Assembly (NCBI GenBank): GCA_051294375.1
Contig: JBJCIZ010000239.1
Coordinates: forward strand, 7,175,220 to 7,239,219
Source of the DNA: Paraspadella gotoi
Taxonomy: Eukaryota; Animalia; Chaetognatha
Direction: 5' to 3'
Length of the DNA stretch: 64,000 bases
The notes beneath the pieces are model-generated. The model did not search any database, was not told the origin of the DNA, and worked only from the letters and a program-made list of their open reading frames with translations. This document shows positions 24,857 through 39,276 of this stretch, piece after piece. Numbering within the stretch: position 1 is the first letter of the stretch; each line of letters opens with the position of its first letter. A program made the translations under genes and the position numbers.

Positions 24857-27800
24857 AATAGTAAGTATCATTTCCGATTTTAATAATATCTTATACCAAT
24901 GTTTTTTACTTTTCTTAATTTAAACGTTTGCTCAAGTTTTTGACTTTTTTTTAGACGTACTTTTCCGATACTTTGTGTTTTTTTCTTTTTCCTGTTGTTT
25001 GCGATTAGTTGTCACCGCCATTTTTTTTATAACTCTGTATATCGCTGAATTTATACGATTAAAACAGTTTAAAAATTCAAAATTTACGACCGAACTGTTT
25101 GTCCGCTTTTAACGACGCGTTAAGATTGCAAGGAAAGAGAAGGATTAGCTAACCTTTATTCGCAAAAAACGTAACCTTCAGTGTTTCGATTGTTATAGTA
25201 TATTCAGCGTTGAATATTGCTGTCATTTGCGAGTTGAAATTTCATGCGTCTGAATATGTGCTATTTTTACCATTGATTATCGAAATAGAATGCGGCGGCG
25301 ATAAATAGCGAGGCTGCCGAAAGAATTTTTGAAAAATGAAATAATTATTATAAACAGTATTAAAGCGATAATAAATATGATGAGAAGAGAGAGAGAGAGA
25401 GAAGAGGAGAGAGAGATGAGAAGAGAGATATTAGAGAGAGATGAGAGAGAGTCCTCCTTCTGCGGTCGATTTTTCGAGTTTTGATTTCCAATTGTCTTCG
25501 TTCCTAAGGAAATATCAAACGTCCGCTTTCTGAGGATCTCAAGAGGGCGGGAGCTACCAAAAATAAAAGAGCAATCTTGTGGATAAGCGCATACGTGGCT
25601 GAAGATGACGTCCTAACTTTCTAAACCCCCTCTAGCAGCCATGAACGGGTCCCTGGCTTGGAACCAGCTATGAGGTTTGCCATGCCCCAATGCGGCTTAC
25701 GCCGTCCTCACGCGTCCGCAGTGGTAGTTACCGGGTTGGGATAACCCGGTACCTAGTGTCATGAGCTGATGTCTTACTCAATAGCCACGGTCACAATCTG
25801 AATGTCGATGATTTCTCGGCGGGTGAACCTAGGCAATGCCTCGACTACAGCCCCCCAGTGTAACCCACCCTGCACTGCTTCCGTGGAGGGAGGGAGCAAC
25901 TTCAGCTAGACCAAGGCCTGAATCAGGAAGGTTGGAATTACGCTCGTACCAGGATGGCTCCCGTGTGGATAATCGCTACGTGGTGAAAATTGACTGTCCG
26001 TAACTTCTATAACCCCTCTAGCAGCCATGAACGGGTCCCTGGCTTGGAACCAGCTTGAGGGTTTCCTGCCCCCAAGCGCTTTACGGCCGTCCTCACGCTT
26101 CCGCAGTGGTAGTACCGGTTGGATTAAACCCGGTTACCTAGTGTATTAGCTGATGCCTTACTCTCATAGTCCACCGTCACAACTGAAAGTGTCTATGACT
26201 TCGGCGGGTGAAACTTAGCATGCCCGATACATGCTCTTTAAGTTCTTTTGTTAAATTTTTATTTCTATTACTTTAATTTTAAAAAAACAAAAGAAAACCG
26301 AATGTATTAAAAACAATATGACTATAATCTATAATTCCTAAATGACGACAATTCTGATGTACACACAGGAACAAATGTCTCTTTGAAAAAAAAAAATATA
26401 TAATTACATCCATCAAAATGTTGCATCAAGTTAGTAAACTTCATATAAAACTAATTCATTGTCCACCAAATATTAATACAATATATTCTCGTCCTTAGTT
26501 CCAGATGTCATCGTCAAAGTGTTTAAAGATTCCGTGAACTGGCGCCCGAAAGCGTTACGGACAGTCAACGTCGAAGCTAACTGGACAGATCCTGATTCTT
26601 CGCGTCCTCAACGTTTCGCACCCTATCGCGACGCGAGTATTGACGCGTGCCGAGCGTCGTCCGCGTGCTGCGCAAGGTCTCTGCGTAATGGCCTCAGGCG
26701 TCTTTTTCGGCGCTATTCATTCGAGGCTCGTCTCTTCGCACTGAATCGTCACGGATTCGCTTGACGAAAGATTTCCTCCTTCTTCTTCTTTTGTTTAGTT
26801 CTGAAACATAAATGATTGTTTAGTTAAAAATAATTGTTTATGTATTTTAACTTAACAAACACATCGTCATCTATAATCGAAAAAAAAAACCCGCGAAGAG
26901 TTTTCCTGTATTAAACGAAATAACAATTAGGCAGGTTCTATTATTTATTAGCTATTATCTTAGCACTAAGCCGTTTTAAGGATAACAAAAACACCAAAGA
27001 CCGCCACCCAGAGATAGAAATCTCCGTTGAGTCGTTTCTGTGAGTCCATTTCGTGCCAGTCCAACCGATTTGCGTCTCCGTCTTCACTCCTCCGTCGTTT
27101 TCCCGTGCATGCGAACGTGACGCGCCGTCCGTCCATTTCCTACTTTCAAGCTTTTGTCGCGGGGAGATGACCCACTATTCGTAGTTACAGATTCAAAGAT
27201 GTGTTGACTTTAGTTACATTTTATGGCATATTCGAACTCAATCTCTCTCTCAATTCTAAACTCTAAGAGTTTAAAATCAATCTTCTACTATCAACAATAT
27301 CCGATATCTGAAGCGCGTTTACGTTCTGATATTAAAATCATAAATATCTCTCTTAGATAATCGATAATGATACAATTATCGTTTGTCATTTGGTTTACTG
27401 GTGATTTGTTCGTCGTGTAATTTTCTAACAGACGATGCCGATTGACTCTTCATATTTTCGTCATCTATATGATTTCTGAGTTGTCTATACTATAAGATTG
27501 CTTATTATTCATTTATTCAGAATGGACTCTTCTCTCAAGCCAAACATTCCTGCAGATCTGATACCGGTAATAATTAATTTCAATTGTTATTTTCTCTGGT
27601 TTCTTCTATGTATCTGTTTATATGTCCGCGGTAGATGAATAGAAACATCACCTTCATTTAAAAAAGCGGGTCACATGCGCATGTGTAATGGTGTGCAGAT
27701 TTTACCTTCATCCAGACTCTAGTACAATCGACTCTCTCGTATTACTTATTGCTTGTTTAATCACGTGTGACGTTGCTATGTGTCTTATGGTGTTGCCACG

Positions 27801-30800
27801 ACCATAAACTCGTATCTTCTCGCACTGCGTTCTGTGTTACAGTAAAAGTGAGGCAAGTAGGCATTTTTATAATAATGGTTATTTCGGATTTGTTGAATAA
27901 GGACATATAACTGAACACGAAGTATATGAAGTTCTTAGATGCGACGGAAGGCACTCAACTTCCTTAGATCTCGATCAATTATAGTAGAATATCTGCTCCT
28001 GTGGCCGAATTAGAAGGTCATATTAGTGAGTCAATAGGTGTTTGTGTCACAGAGTCAGCTCGTCCAACTCGTCACTCCTCCACGTAAGAGCTCTTCCGTG
28101 ATCGTATGTGATACACACCTTCGCTTGGTTTAAGCCTGCATCATTTTTGCTCGTCATTGTTGAATGTTAGAAACGGATCTGACCTAATCATTTGATATAT
28201 ACATAAAACTCTATCTATCTGTGAACTTCCCAGATTATCTCAGTGACAGATATCATTCGGTAGTTAATGTCATACTCCGTTCTGAAGTCGTAATACAACT
28301 TTCATTCCTGGACCAGGATGTAACACGGACTCTCTAAATAAGTTGTCCCACATGCTTGGAAACGTTATATACTACATATAATCTCACTATGTCCATATCC
28401 AGTGCCTTGTATGTGTTCCCCTCGTGCGATTGTTCATATCTGTGCAATAGGCATCTCTTGATCGAACGCGATATGTAGTGTCAATTATGACAACATCCGC
28501 GTCATCGTGATAATATCCACAGTCAATCGTTGTCCTTTAGCGTTATTCAATCATTTCAATCGCCCTATAAAAATAATTCTTTGATCCGTTCAGTGACGTA
28601 AATTGCTCTTGTTGCGCAGTACAACCTTTATGCCGTGGTTCGGATTCCCGTTACCTTTCGGCGAGCTCTTTATAATGTGTAAGTTAATAGGCTCGTACAT
28701 TTTTACAGATCAAGATGTTTGATAGTCGTTCTTAGACTTTTTAATTTCCTATCGTAGTGTGCTGATTATGCTCTAGTTCTGTTAAATAAAGTATCCCACA
28801 TCGTCAGTCTCTTGACCACTCCCGCGGGACCAGAAACTAGAGCCTAAAAAGGGAAAGAGAGTAGGTACGACTCCGCGAATTGAGAAGAGGGAAAGACAAA
28901 GCGGAGAGGAGGAAGAAAAGAAAAAGATCGGATGATTCTAGTCCGCGATAAGTCGGAGATTGATAGAGGTAGGACTGTATGTAGAGATTCTGAGAGAGAT
29001 GAGAAATGAGAGAGTAGTGAACAAGGAGAGCGCCGAGTTACAGAATGTCATATGCGCCCGATAATTTGATAGAATAATAAATCTCAGGCATAAGAATGTA
29101 AGTCCTCTTCTCTCAATACTCATCCCTTAATAAATTTTAGTTAATCACGCGGACTCAAGAACGAACGATCACGTCTCGTGCTCTTATGCGGTCAACGTCT
29201 TCTCCATCCGTCGAACCCACTCGACGCGAAGTTCAAGCCTGTCAATTCTCGACAGTCTTGAGGTCTATAAAAAGGATAAGGTGATAGAGTGAAACTCGAA
29301 AACTGTATTTCCATTCCAAGCCATGATTATGTTTTAAGTAAAGAAGAGGTATAAGTTCATTATAGTTAAAATAAGTTTTAATTATAAGAACCAAAGGGCG
29401 CTACCGGAAACGGCGCCAATTTAATTAGATAGAAAGATGATGATTTTCGGTGACCAAGCTGATCCCCCTCCCTCCGGTTCTTTCTCCAGTCCCGTGTCAT
29501 GGCCTGGAACGAGTGGATCCTTTGGATGGATCATCGTGGGTCGTGCTATGTAGCTCAACATCCCCGCTCACCATTGACTGGTCAAAGCGACCTCACGAAA
29601 ATATGGGATTTTTATCAGTGTGGAATTAAGGGTAGGAAGAAGGGAAGGAAGAAGGGAAGGAAAGGAAAAGAAAAGGAAACGGAAATAGGAAAAAGAAGGA
29701 AAGTATATAAAAAGGGAATTAGGAAAAAAAATAAAATAATTTGAAATAAGGAAATCAAATTTTTCGGAACAAAATTTAAAGGGATAAAGAATTAATGAGA
29801 TCAACCTATTTTTACCAAGGGAAAAAAATAATAGACACAGATATAAGAAAAGAGAATTAAAATAAATTAGAAGTAGAGAAAAAGAAAAGATATTAACGTA
29901 AAATAATATGAGAATGGAAAGAGAGGTAGTATTGTTGAACACTGAATACTCTAACGGCTAACATAACTTAAATTGCACACATTTTGTGAGAATTTGAATT
30001 GCAAACGCGACGTAGTAGAGTCAATTAGAAAAAAAGGTTTCTCTTCTTTCTATTACGGCGGAGGACACAAACGCGGAACAGGGATTCACGGTAGGAGACG
30101 GGAAGGATGCACGTGCAAGAAGGCTCCGGGCACTGACGTGAAGAGATCTCAGTGAGAGAGAGCGTTAATGACGTCGAGCGATGCATAGATGTCAATACAT
30201 CGGACATGAGCTCAGTCTGCTACTATAGTACCTCCATTCATCGATTGGTCATAATACGAGCGAAACTCTCCACTACCTAGTCGCATCATCTGCAGATCTC
30301 AAGGTGATTCATCAAACATTCCACTAGTTTTATATACATATAATCGATATTATACAATGTCTAATAAATCAAATCAAATCAGTCAAATAATTCAATCACC
30401 AGAAATTTACTCTCGATCAAAATAACACGAAAAATTCAAATTAAAACCTTTAGTATATGAAAAAATAAAAAAAATGAATCAAATGTAAGTCAATGCATCG
30501 GACCTAATTTGGAGTTAAGAGGAAACCAATTCAAGGCAGTTTATCTGATCAAAAAAAAAGTCGCCCAATAATTGGCAATTAATCTCAAAATCTAGACCAA
30601 TCAATCCAATCAAATTCCAACATAATTGATCCAGCTAACGCGGCATGTGCCTGCGTGTGGACATAACGACCCTGCAAAACGAACATCAATGCGAGCCATA
30701 GATACAGAAAGCCCGGAGAAATAGAAACGTATGAAGTGAACGGCTGGCGGCGGCTAGTCTTGACGAAGGTGAACAGACCACGGGCGGCATGATTGTGAGA

Positions 30801-33800
30801 CAAGAAGGAGGTCGTAACAATCGCACCGCAAAGTACGCGCGCACGTCAAAACTGAGCTAAGAAAATGAGGGTTTCAGATCTCTCACCACACAAGGGCTCA
30901 GTACGTGCATAACTATCTCTCCTACCTGAAAGTCCGGTACTCACAGAAGGGGACGAGATAAAAATAGTCTTTTTTTTTTAAATCTGACTCTTTTACCCTT
31001 CGAGTCTTCTGAAGAAATGAATGATGTGGTGGAATGAAGAAGTTTGTTGGAGTTGATGGGACTGTCGAGCAGAATATCGATAGATACTCAAATCTATGTG
31101 AATTATTGGTGGTATCACCGCGTGCTCATATCTGAAGAAATCTTGCTCCGATGGATCTAATAGGTGAAGAATAGAGCACACGGGGCCCTCCGCTAATGAG
31201 TCCACTAAAGGGAACCGGGTCATCCCAAACTGGTCTGGCCTTTCGGGGAAGGAGTGAATGCTTGGTGCGGTGAATGTGGATGATATTGTAGATAGGCATT
31301 GGATCTTTCTTATTGCTGCTTAGAAAGGAGGTGTTTATGAGTATCCATATCAGTCACGGCCAACTGACTCGCACCATATACAAAATAAGATATGTGAAGC
31401 TGGGATATTGAAAATACATGTGAAGATATGAATTGTGGGTTTGAATGTGGTTCCTTATGAATGTATAGCTACTAAGTTATGTTGTAGTATATGAATTTGG
31501 AGATGAATGGTAAGTTCTTTATAAGGTGATTTGACATTGTATTATTTATTTATTCATTTTGTTTGCCCCCTGACTTAAGCATGATCGATAGGTCCTATAT
31601 ATCCTACGGTGTGGCCAGGTGGTCCCTGTCAAATTTTGACTCAACACTAGAGTGTTTTTATCACAACCTCGCGAAAATTTCTTAAGATCTACGTGAATAG
31701 ATGTAAGTAAATGCTTTAATTTTGGAAGTGTGCTGTCTTAGACGCATTAAAAACTTAATTATTTGATAGGGCCCCTCTGATCTTTAATGATTTGTCCGGT
31801 TCATATCTTCAGGAAATATCCCATTTGAAAATAACGGGGTTGCATTCGAATTGAATTGCTGGAAGAAGGAAAGTCGTCGACCACAGAGTAGTCGTGAACA
31901 TTGGTGAGTATTCGACGCTGCTGATCATCGTCTGCGTGAGGCGAGTCTTTCGCGGCACGAGCCAGTGAGGGATTATGGTAGAGGGAGCATAGGGGGGTGC
32001 GAGTAAATAGGTAAGAAAGGGATAGTTAGGAGATGGGAGAAAGGAAAATAAGATATAGGAATAGAAAAGTGGTCTTGTAAGAAAATAGTAGAGTAAATAA
32101 GAAGGAAGTAAGGAAAAAGATTTAAGAAAGAAAATAGAAATGAGAGAAAGAAAAAAAAAAAAAGAATATAGATAGAAATAGATAAGAAAGAAGAAAGAAG
32201 AAAGAAAGAGAAGGAAGGAAGAAGGAAGGAAGGAGGTGAGGAGGATCCAATAAATAAAAAATAGAATATGGAATGTGTGAAATGAGAGAAAAGGAAAGGA
32301 AAAGAATGTAAGGTAAAAAGAAAGATAATTGTTAGTCTTAAGTGCATCATCAGGTCACAATAATTACTGGGCATCGACATGGATTGGACGTCATTTTGCC
32401 GAAAATATGAATCAAGCCTCGTCACATTGCTCTGTTCTTGCACATGGTGGGTGGCAAGATCTCGAAATATAAATGATTATACGTTAATTTTAATTAATCC
32501 ATTTTAATTAATCTAGTTTTTGTTTTTCTTCTCTGCGTCTTGTTGTTGTTGTTGTTTGTTTCGTCTTCAACGAAATTGATTATTTTGTATTCGGAGAGAG
32601 ATCCAGAACCGATGCACATCGACGTCCAACTTCTGTATCAACGTCATCGCGTCCTGGTCTCATCCTGCTGAGTACAAGTCCAGAACAGATCTCACTGCAA
32701 TATCAGATCTGAGATTCTCGAATGAGGTGCGGGGGATGTGAAGATTCGTCAAAACCGCCAAATCCATCTTTCCTGTATACTGAGGTCGTTTTACTGAGCT
32801 TTTTCGTATATTTCATGTTACATAATTATATTTAGATTTATTCGATGATAATTGCTGTCTAGGGAATCGGTTATCAGACTAATGTTTATTAACTGCTATT
32901 AGTAACTTGGTTGTTGAATCAGTCGTTTATAAGTAAAATGACATAAATGTGTTGATAAGTTTAATACGATGAAGTATAATAAATAAGAAGCCTTTTAAAA
33001 ACCTACGAATTATGTAAATTAACATATTTCTCGAAATGAGGATAAATATCATTTTGAAACAGAGAAAAAGTGTACATTTTACTTTGTGTTCATTTGGTTC
33101 ATTTCATTCTTGATTTCGGTATTTTTCCCGACGTTCGAAAACCCTTTGCTTTTTCAAGCTACTCCTTGGTATGAAATCTATTTTGTAATTTCGACCGAAG
33201 GCTCGGTAGGGGGGCAATTCTTTTTAACCTGGAAAAGATGGTACACCAAAATGAGGGAATGTTGTTGCAGAAATCGCACCCATAGTGAATAGTGCTTCCG
33301 ATTCCTATCTCCTCGCGGGTGAGCCTACCTCTTAGTTTGGCGGTTCCTATGATGGTTGCCGTCTTCTTTGAGGAGATCCCAAGCTCGCCGTTGGTGGCTC
33401 GACGGCCAAACTAGATAATCCCGCTACAATTTAGTATTGTCCAGAGAGTAGTTTGATTATGTGACATCATCAAAACGGAAGATAAGCGCACTCTATATCG
33501 TGATAGTGTTCACACAATGGTTGAACGTCGCAGAGAGTATCTAGTGTGCCTGCACAATGATCCTTTGATCATTAATTTTTCTTTTTATTTGTTAGAGGCG
33601 CGTATTTTGTTTTCTCTGTTATTTTATTATCTATATCATAATTGTAGAAGCGAGTTTAATGTCTAATTATATGATATATTTTTAATTTAGTATATATGTC
33701 TTTGAACTATAAAGACGAATGCCATGCGATGATGAGAATGATAAATTCGGCGCAACTCGCTCTAGCTGTGGGATGGGCACGTGTTTGACGACGGGTGAAC

Positions 33801-36800
33801 GTCGCCGACGAGAACTGGAATCTTGTGTTAAGTGCGAATAATGCTGTGAAGATGAAGTGTATACTGGTAGCAATTAGCTGCAGTGACAATACCCCTCACT
33901 CGAATGGGCCAGGTTCACGGCAGAAGGATATGACATATTAAATAATCGAAACTTTTGATCATCTAGGAAGAACTTCAATAAATTATATACTTTCCCTATT
34001 TGTCACTTCATCCATTTTGTTTAGTGTAATTTATATCATATAAAAGTACGATGGTATTAAAGCACTAGTTTAGTGATCCTAAACTAAGAACTGTTAAATA
34101 TACAAAATATAACCCAATTTGTTATTTATGATTATAGTTAAGGAATATTATGAGAGACAATGGAATTCATATAGGGTAGAGTTGTAATGGACAAGGAGAT
34201 ATTATGATAGAGAGAGGAGGTAAAAAAAGAAGAATAGTAATACAGGTAATGACTATAGCCCAGAAAGCCACGTATATATGTAATATGCCAAGATGTTATA
34301 ATTACAAAAGTGATTATTATGAATGCAATGCAAATGACAGAATATAATCATATCAGAAAGAACTATTTATAAACAGAAATATAGAAAGGGGAAACTTAGA
34401 AAATATGCTGGTAAAGGAAGGAGATGTGAAGAGAAAATAAAGACAGCGGAGAATTGACGATGAACGGAAGTGACGAGTCAGGAAAGGAGAGAATGAGAAG
34501 ATGCAGGGAGACGTCGAACAAGATAACAAAGAAGAGGAGCGAGGCTATTAGGACAACCAGGTGAACAATTGAGAGAGTACATTAATTAAGAGATTGTTAA
34601 CACATTAACCCATGTTGAGATTGAGAATTAAGATTTCTATTTCTCCTCCGTGTGAACTTCGAGAGAAGAAAGATGGTCAAAATTTAGGGAAAAAATTAAA
34701 CTGGTACAAAAGAGACTAGCGATGATTTCTCCATAATAAAAATACTACTCAGAGGACTATGATTGTAATAAATTATGATCATGACTTAAAAGAATAAAAT
34801 CTACGCATATTTACAAATGGTTTGGTGTGATGTTCTCCACTATCATCTCACAATGTGATATTCAGTTTAGCAACTACAAATGAAAATCGATCTTGAGAAT
34901 AGTTGAGTTATGATAAAATTCCTGAGACATTGGAATTTCAAAACTCCTGTCAAACAGTTAATGAATAAAAGGCGGCTGTATCAGCTGCCTGCTGTCAGAC
35001 ACAATTGTCAACTCTCAGATACTTATGCTTTATCCGTGACAATCGGTCACCTGTCTGTCATGAACATCAAATCGTACACACACACCTGACACCGTGTGAC
35101 TGCCCTCAGAACTCCCAGTGCACCTCACTCCACTCGGGCAACTCGACATCGAAACTGCAATAGAGATCGGCCTGTCCGCAGTGAAGTATCTTGCTTCGAT
35201 GATCTCAGGACTATGGAGACTCTTGGCCCCTGCGCCGTCGTTCCCGTCGTCTCGTCCGGTCGAAACTTGATCGTCGCGTCTCCGGCTCGTGCGGAGAAAG
35301 AATCCAGATAGATGAATTATACAAAAAGTGTAAAAAATGTCCGAGGCCGGGAATAAGATTAAAAAGATTAACCCAGGTGATGAAACAAGGATAACTAATA
35401 AGTATATATTGAGATAAAGTGGCTAAGAACGCCTGATTGACCCGGTTAAAGAGCTAAGAGATACTCAGGAAGATGGGATGATTAAGAATGAAGAATAATA
35501 AGAAGAAGGCAAGAGGTTAATGATTAACTGTAGGAGAATGCTATGATAGAATGAGCAGAATGGGTGGGATGTGAATGAGACAGCACAGTCATATATTGTA
35601 GTCTTGTTCGTTATACCAAAATATAAGTAACCAATACGAAGAAACTCTCAACGAATCACTCCGAATTGCCCCTCAGATAACCACGCTAAAAGAACTTATG
35701 TGCAGAAACACATAACGTAAAAAGCTCTATGTCAGAAAGCATGATATCAAGATATGTACGGTCTTGTAAGGCCTGCGATTTGTCCAGATTCTCCGCGATT
35801 ACTGTATAGAGAGGAATATTATAAAAAAAGACAGTCTTGCGTCTATTGACCGGCCGTCATAACACCTCCGCGTCGCCGAAAATCCAGAGCGTGACGAAAA
35901 AAAAAGAGACCCTAAAAACCCCATGAATCATCCTGAAAAGTATGGCTGATACGAGGTCCACAGAGAGATGAAAAGAAACATGTGGTTGATGTAGAGAAAG
36001 TATAGGAAGTAGTGCCAGTGAGGATTTATGAAATATTAGTGTGATGAAAGGCCTAACAGTAATAGGAAAGAGCTCTGATGAGCGTCAATGATTATCGCAG
36101 ATTTATCGGCAAAGTATGTAGTAATTAATATAGATAGCCGAGATTATGTGTACGTCCGATACTTCTTTAAATGTACCACTGAATAATGGCGCTCTCATTT
36201 CTCCTCCTCTCTCTTCTTCTTTCCTCTCCGATTCTCTCTTCTTACTTACTTTTTTATCCTTCTTTTCTCTCTTTTCCTTGTATTGTCTTTCCTTTTTGCT
36301 TTATATTGCTCTCTTCCTTGGATACTTGCCATTTTATACTCCTTTTTCATATATGCGCTCTTCTCTTCTATTCTTCTCTTATATTTCCCGTTCGAATTCT
36401 TCTATTCTCTTTCCTCCTCCTCTCTCCTCTTTTTCTCCTACCTCACTCCTTCCATATTCCCCGGTCTTACTATGTTGCGTGCTTTTTCGGCTCCGTCTCG
36501 TCTTGTTAAATCCCGTACACTCTCCTGGTATATGCTATCCTCAATCGTATGCGCTTTGTGTTTCTTTCTTTCCTGTTTCCCTCTTATGTTCCCTCCGTTC
36601 TGTTTCCTTAACGTAGACTACTATTATACATTTTGCGTGTATCGCTTTTCAGTATTCCGTTTTCCTTTTTCTTTCCTATCCGTATCTCTACTCTGAATGA
36701 CGACAAATTAGATTATCATATCTTTTTTCTTCCTCTCTCTCTTATTCTTTTCTCTTCTCTCTCTTTTCCTCTCTTTTCCTTTTTCGTCCTTCTTTCCATT

Positions 36801-39090
36801 TACTTTTCTTTCCTGTTTGACCTTTGGCTGCCACACTTTTCTACGTCCGATTGGAATCAGTATGAGCCAGCGGTGTGTGGAGGGAAATATAATAACGATA
36901 TCATGGTTATAATTCAATTTCTTTATTTAGTTCATCATAAATATTTTTAAAATAATAAGAATCTTAATAAATGTTCTCTTTTTATCATTAAAATAAATTA
37001 TTATATTATATATAAAAAGAATTCATATTAATTTATATTGCATTTACGAGATTTAAAAAATGACGGTTGCTCAAAAGGTGTTGCAGAAGCTCCCGTTCGA
37101 AGAGGGGAAGGGTGGTATCAGTATGATATTATGTACTAAACGTGAGGCACCCTCCGGCTCGTCGTCGCCCCGTTGCGTCCGCGTCCCCGTTTAAGAAGAA
37201 TTTTTGACAAAAGAATACCGCAGGAGGTATAAAACAAAAAATATGAACCACCCGTGTGGCGGAACAAAACCAGTATAAAACAGAAAAAAAACAGACGGAG
37301 ATCCGAGGGGTACCGACCCGCCACAGCACCCGGCACGCAACAAGGCGCGGCCCTTGTCATGCGTAATGTCTCACATTGGACCGCCCCCGAGAGCATTTGA
37401 GATTTCTGATAGCGATTTTTTGAACTAATCCAAAGGAAGAAGTAATTGCATAAAGAGAGGAGGTAATTAGATTTTTTATATGCAATTATTTGGTAGATAG
37501 GATTCCTTTTTTTTTTTAAATTGCGCTTGAAAAAAAATAATTCCGACGATAGGATTTTATTGTTTCGTCTTTATGAATTTCTCAGGGAGATTGTTACGTT
37601 TAATCCTGATGGTTAATGTTTAATAAAACCTGGAATTATCTTATTATTCCACCTCCCCTCCCCTTTTTTTTTCAAAGCAGACCCCTTTTTGTGTCTCTTT
37701 TCGAGAGTGCCCCCATTTCTGCTTTCTTTTCGAGAGTTGACCTCACTTTGCTGGTTCTCTTTTCCGAGAGTGCCCCATTTCTGCTCTTCCTTTTCCAAGA
37801 TGACCCCATTTCTGGTCCTTTTTCCTAGATAGGGAGTGATGGCACCCATTTCTGCTCTGTGCTAGATTGTATCAGGAGAGAGAGAGTGAGGGAAAGAGTG
37901 AGACACCAGCCATTACTCGACATGGAGACGGATAAGATTACATTAACCAATTATTTCATGGACCGTTAAGAATTTTGTCCTCCTCATATCATTTCATCTC
38001 TCTTTCTCTCCTGGTCATATTAGAGAATAAAAGGACAACACATTAATAAACTTGAGATACTCTTCCGCCATGTACGATCACTCGCGTCCAGAGAATGTGA
38101 CACTACGCGATTACTCTCTCGCGATGTCTCCTCCGTCCGCTGTGATCCTCAATCCAGCCCTTCCAAACCCCCTCCCGCTCCCGTGTCAGTGGTTAACTCC
38201 CTTATAGCCTCCCGGATTCGCCTCGTCTGTTTTCTGGTCGAGGGGCACACAGTGCCGGCCCCCTCCTATATACTGAGTTACATACTTTTACCATGTGAAC
38301 GAGAATTGTACTATCACTACTAATAATTACTCGTCTCCTCTATTGATCATGTCACAGCCCAAGTGAGGTGTCGCCAAATAACATATTCTAAGACCTCGTA
38401 CCAATGAACAGGATGAAATTTGCATACCGCGGAAAATCTAGAGTCTTTATGCGATCGTCATAGGTGAGATATAGTGCAAGTAACATCGAAAAAACAACAT
38501 AAATACAAAGACTTCTTCTTTCCCTATTTGTCTTTTCTTATATTATAAATGAATTAATACCATCTGTCATTTATTATGTATATGCAATATATAATTCATA
38601 AATAATTAATATGAATAACAATCTCAATTAATCTTAATAATAACTAATCAATCCATTAAATCACTTTAATAATTATTATATACCTAAACTGAAAATTCAA
38701 ATTAATTCAACATATTAAATCTGCCAAATAACACCTTTTATACTCTCAAAATAACACATACTAATAATATTCTAATTATATCATAAAGTATAAAAAACTT
38801 ATAATATAAATATACTCCCAATCAATTAATTCCAATTATAACTCTTAAAAACACCTCAAATACGATCTCAGGTGTTATATCACTTCACAAATCTGTCGTC
38901 AGGTTGACTTTCGTATCTCCCTTGCTGCGTCAGTGAACCTGACTCATAAAAACGCGAACCTAGATAATCTACAGGGCCTGATATGAATTTCTTAATTTGG
39001 ATCAATCAATCATTCAATTTAAACATTGACGTTGGTTCTATCCTCGTTTCATCATATATCATCATCTTGTTCGTCATCTCATAGGAAATG
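24318..39090 (-). other. Fold-back inverted copy of ~13000-24316, probable read/assembly artefact (includes mirror TRIM 25578-26231 and mirror GATM exons ~29100-33850)
   Basis: Apex TATGGT-G-ACCATA at 24311-24323; landmarks recur in reverse order; identity decays with distance and the copy is inflated by insertions. Confidence 0.9.
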
Positions 39091-39276
39091 GATAAAAAAA
39101 ACCAAACCCAAGGACCCTCCTAACCTCAATCTCTCCAGGACCAGACACTCCCAGGTGTATAATAATCATATTCCTCAATCAATTACCTAAACAAATCAAC
39201 CTCAAAATCCCATAAACCAAAATAAAGGCAACTCCTCACCCATCCTCCTACAAGTCCTTAGACCAAATTAAGGTAT

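Noticed and set aside
29100-33850. Second, divergent GATM paralogue on the + strand
   Set aside because: It is part of the fold-back mirror of 16400-20050.
37680-37860. ~28-bp satellite (GAGAGTGCCCCATTTCTGCT...) absent from the forward arm
   Set aside because: Lies in the most degraded part of the mirrored arm; cannot be separated from read noise.
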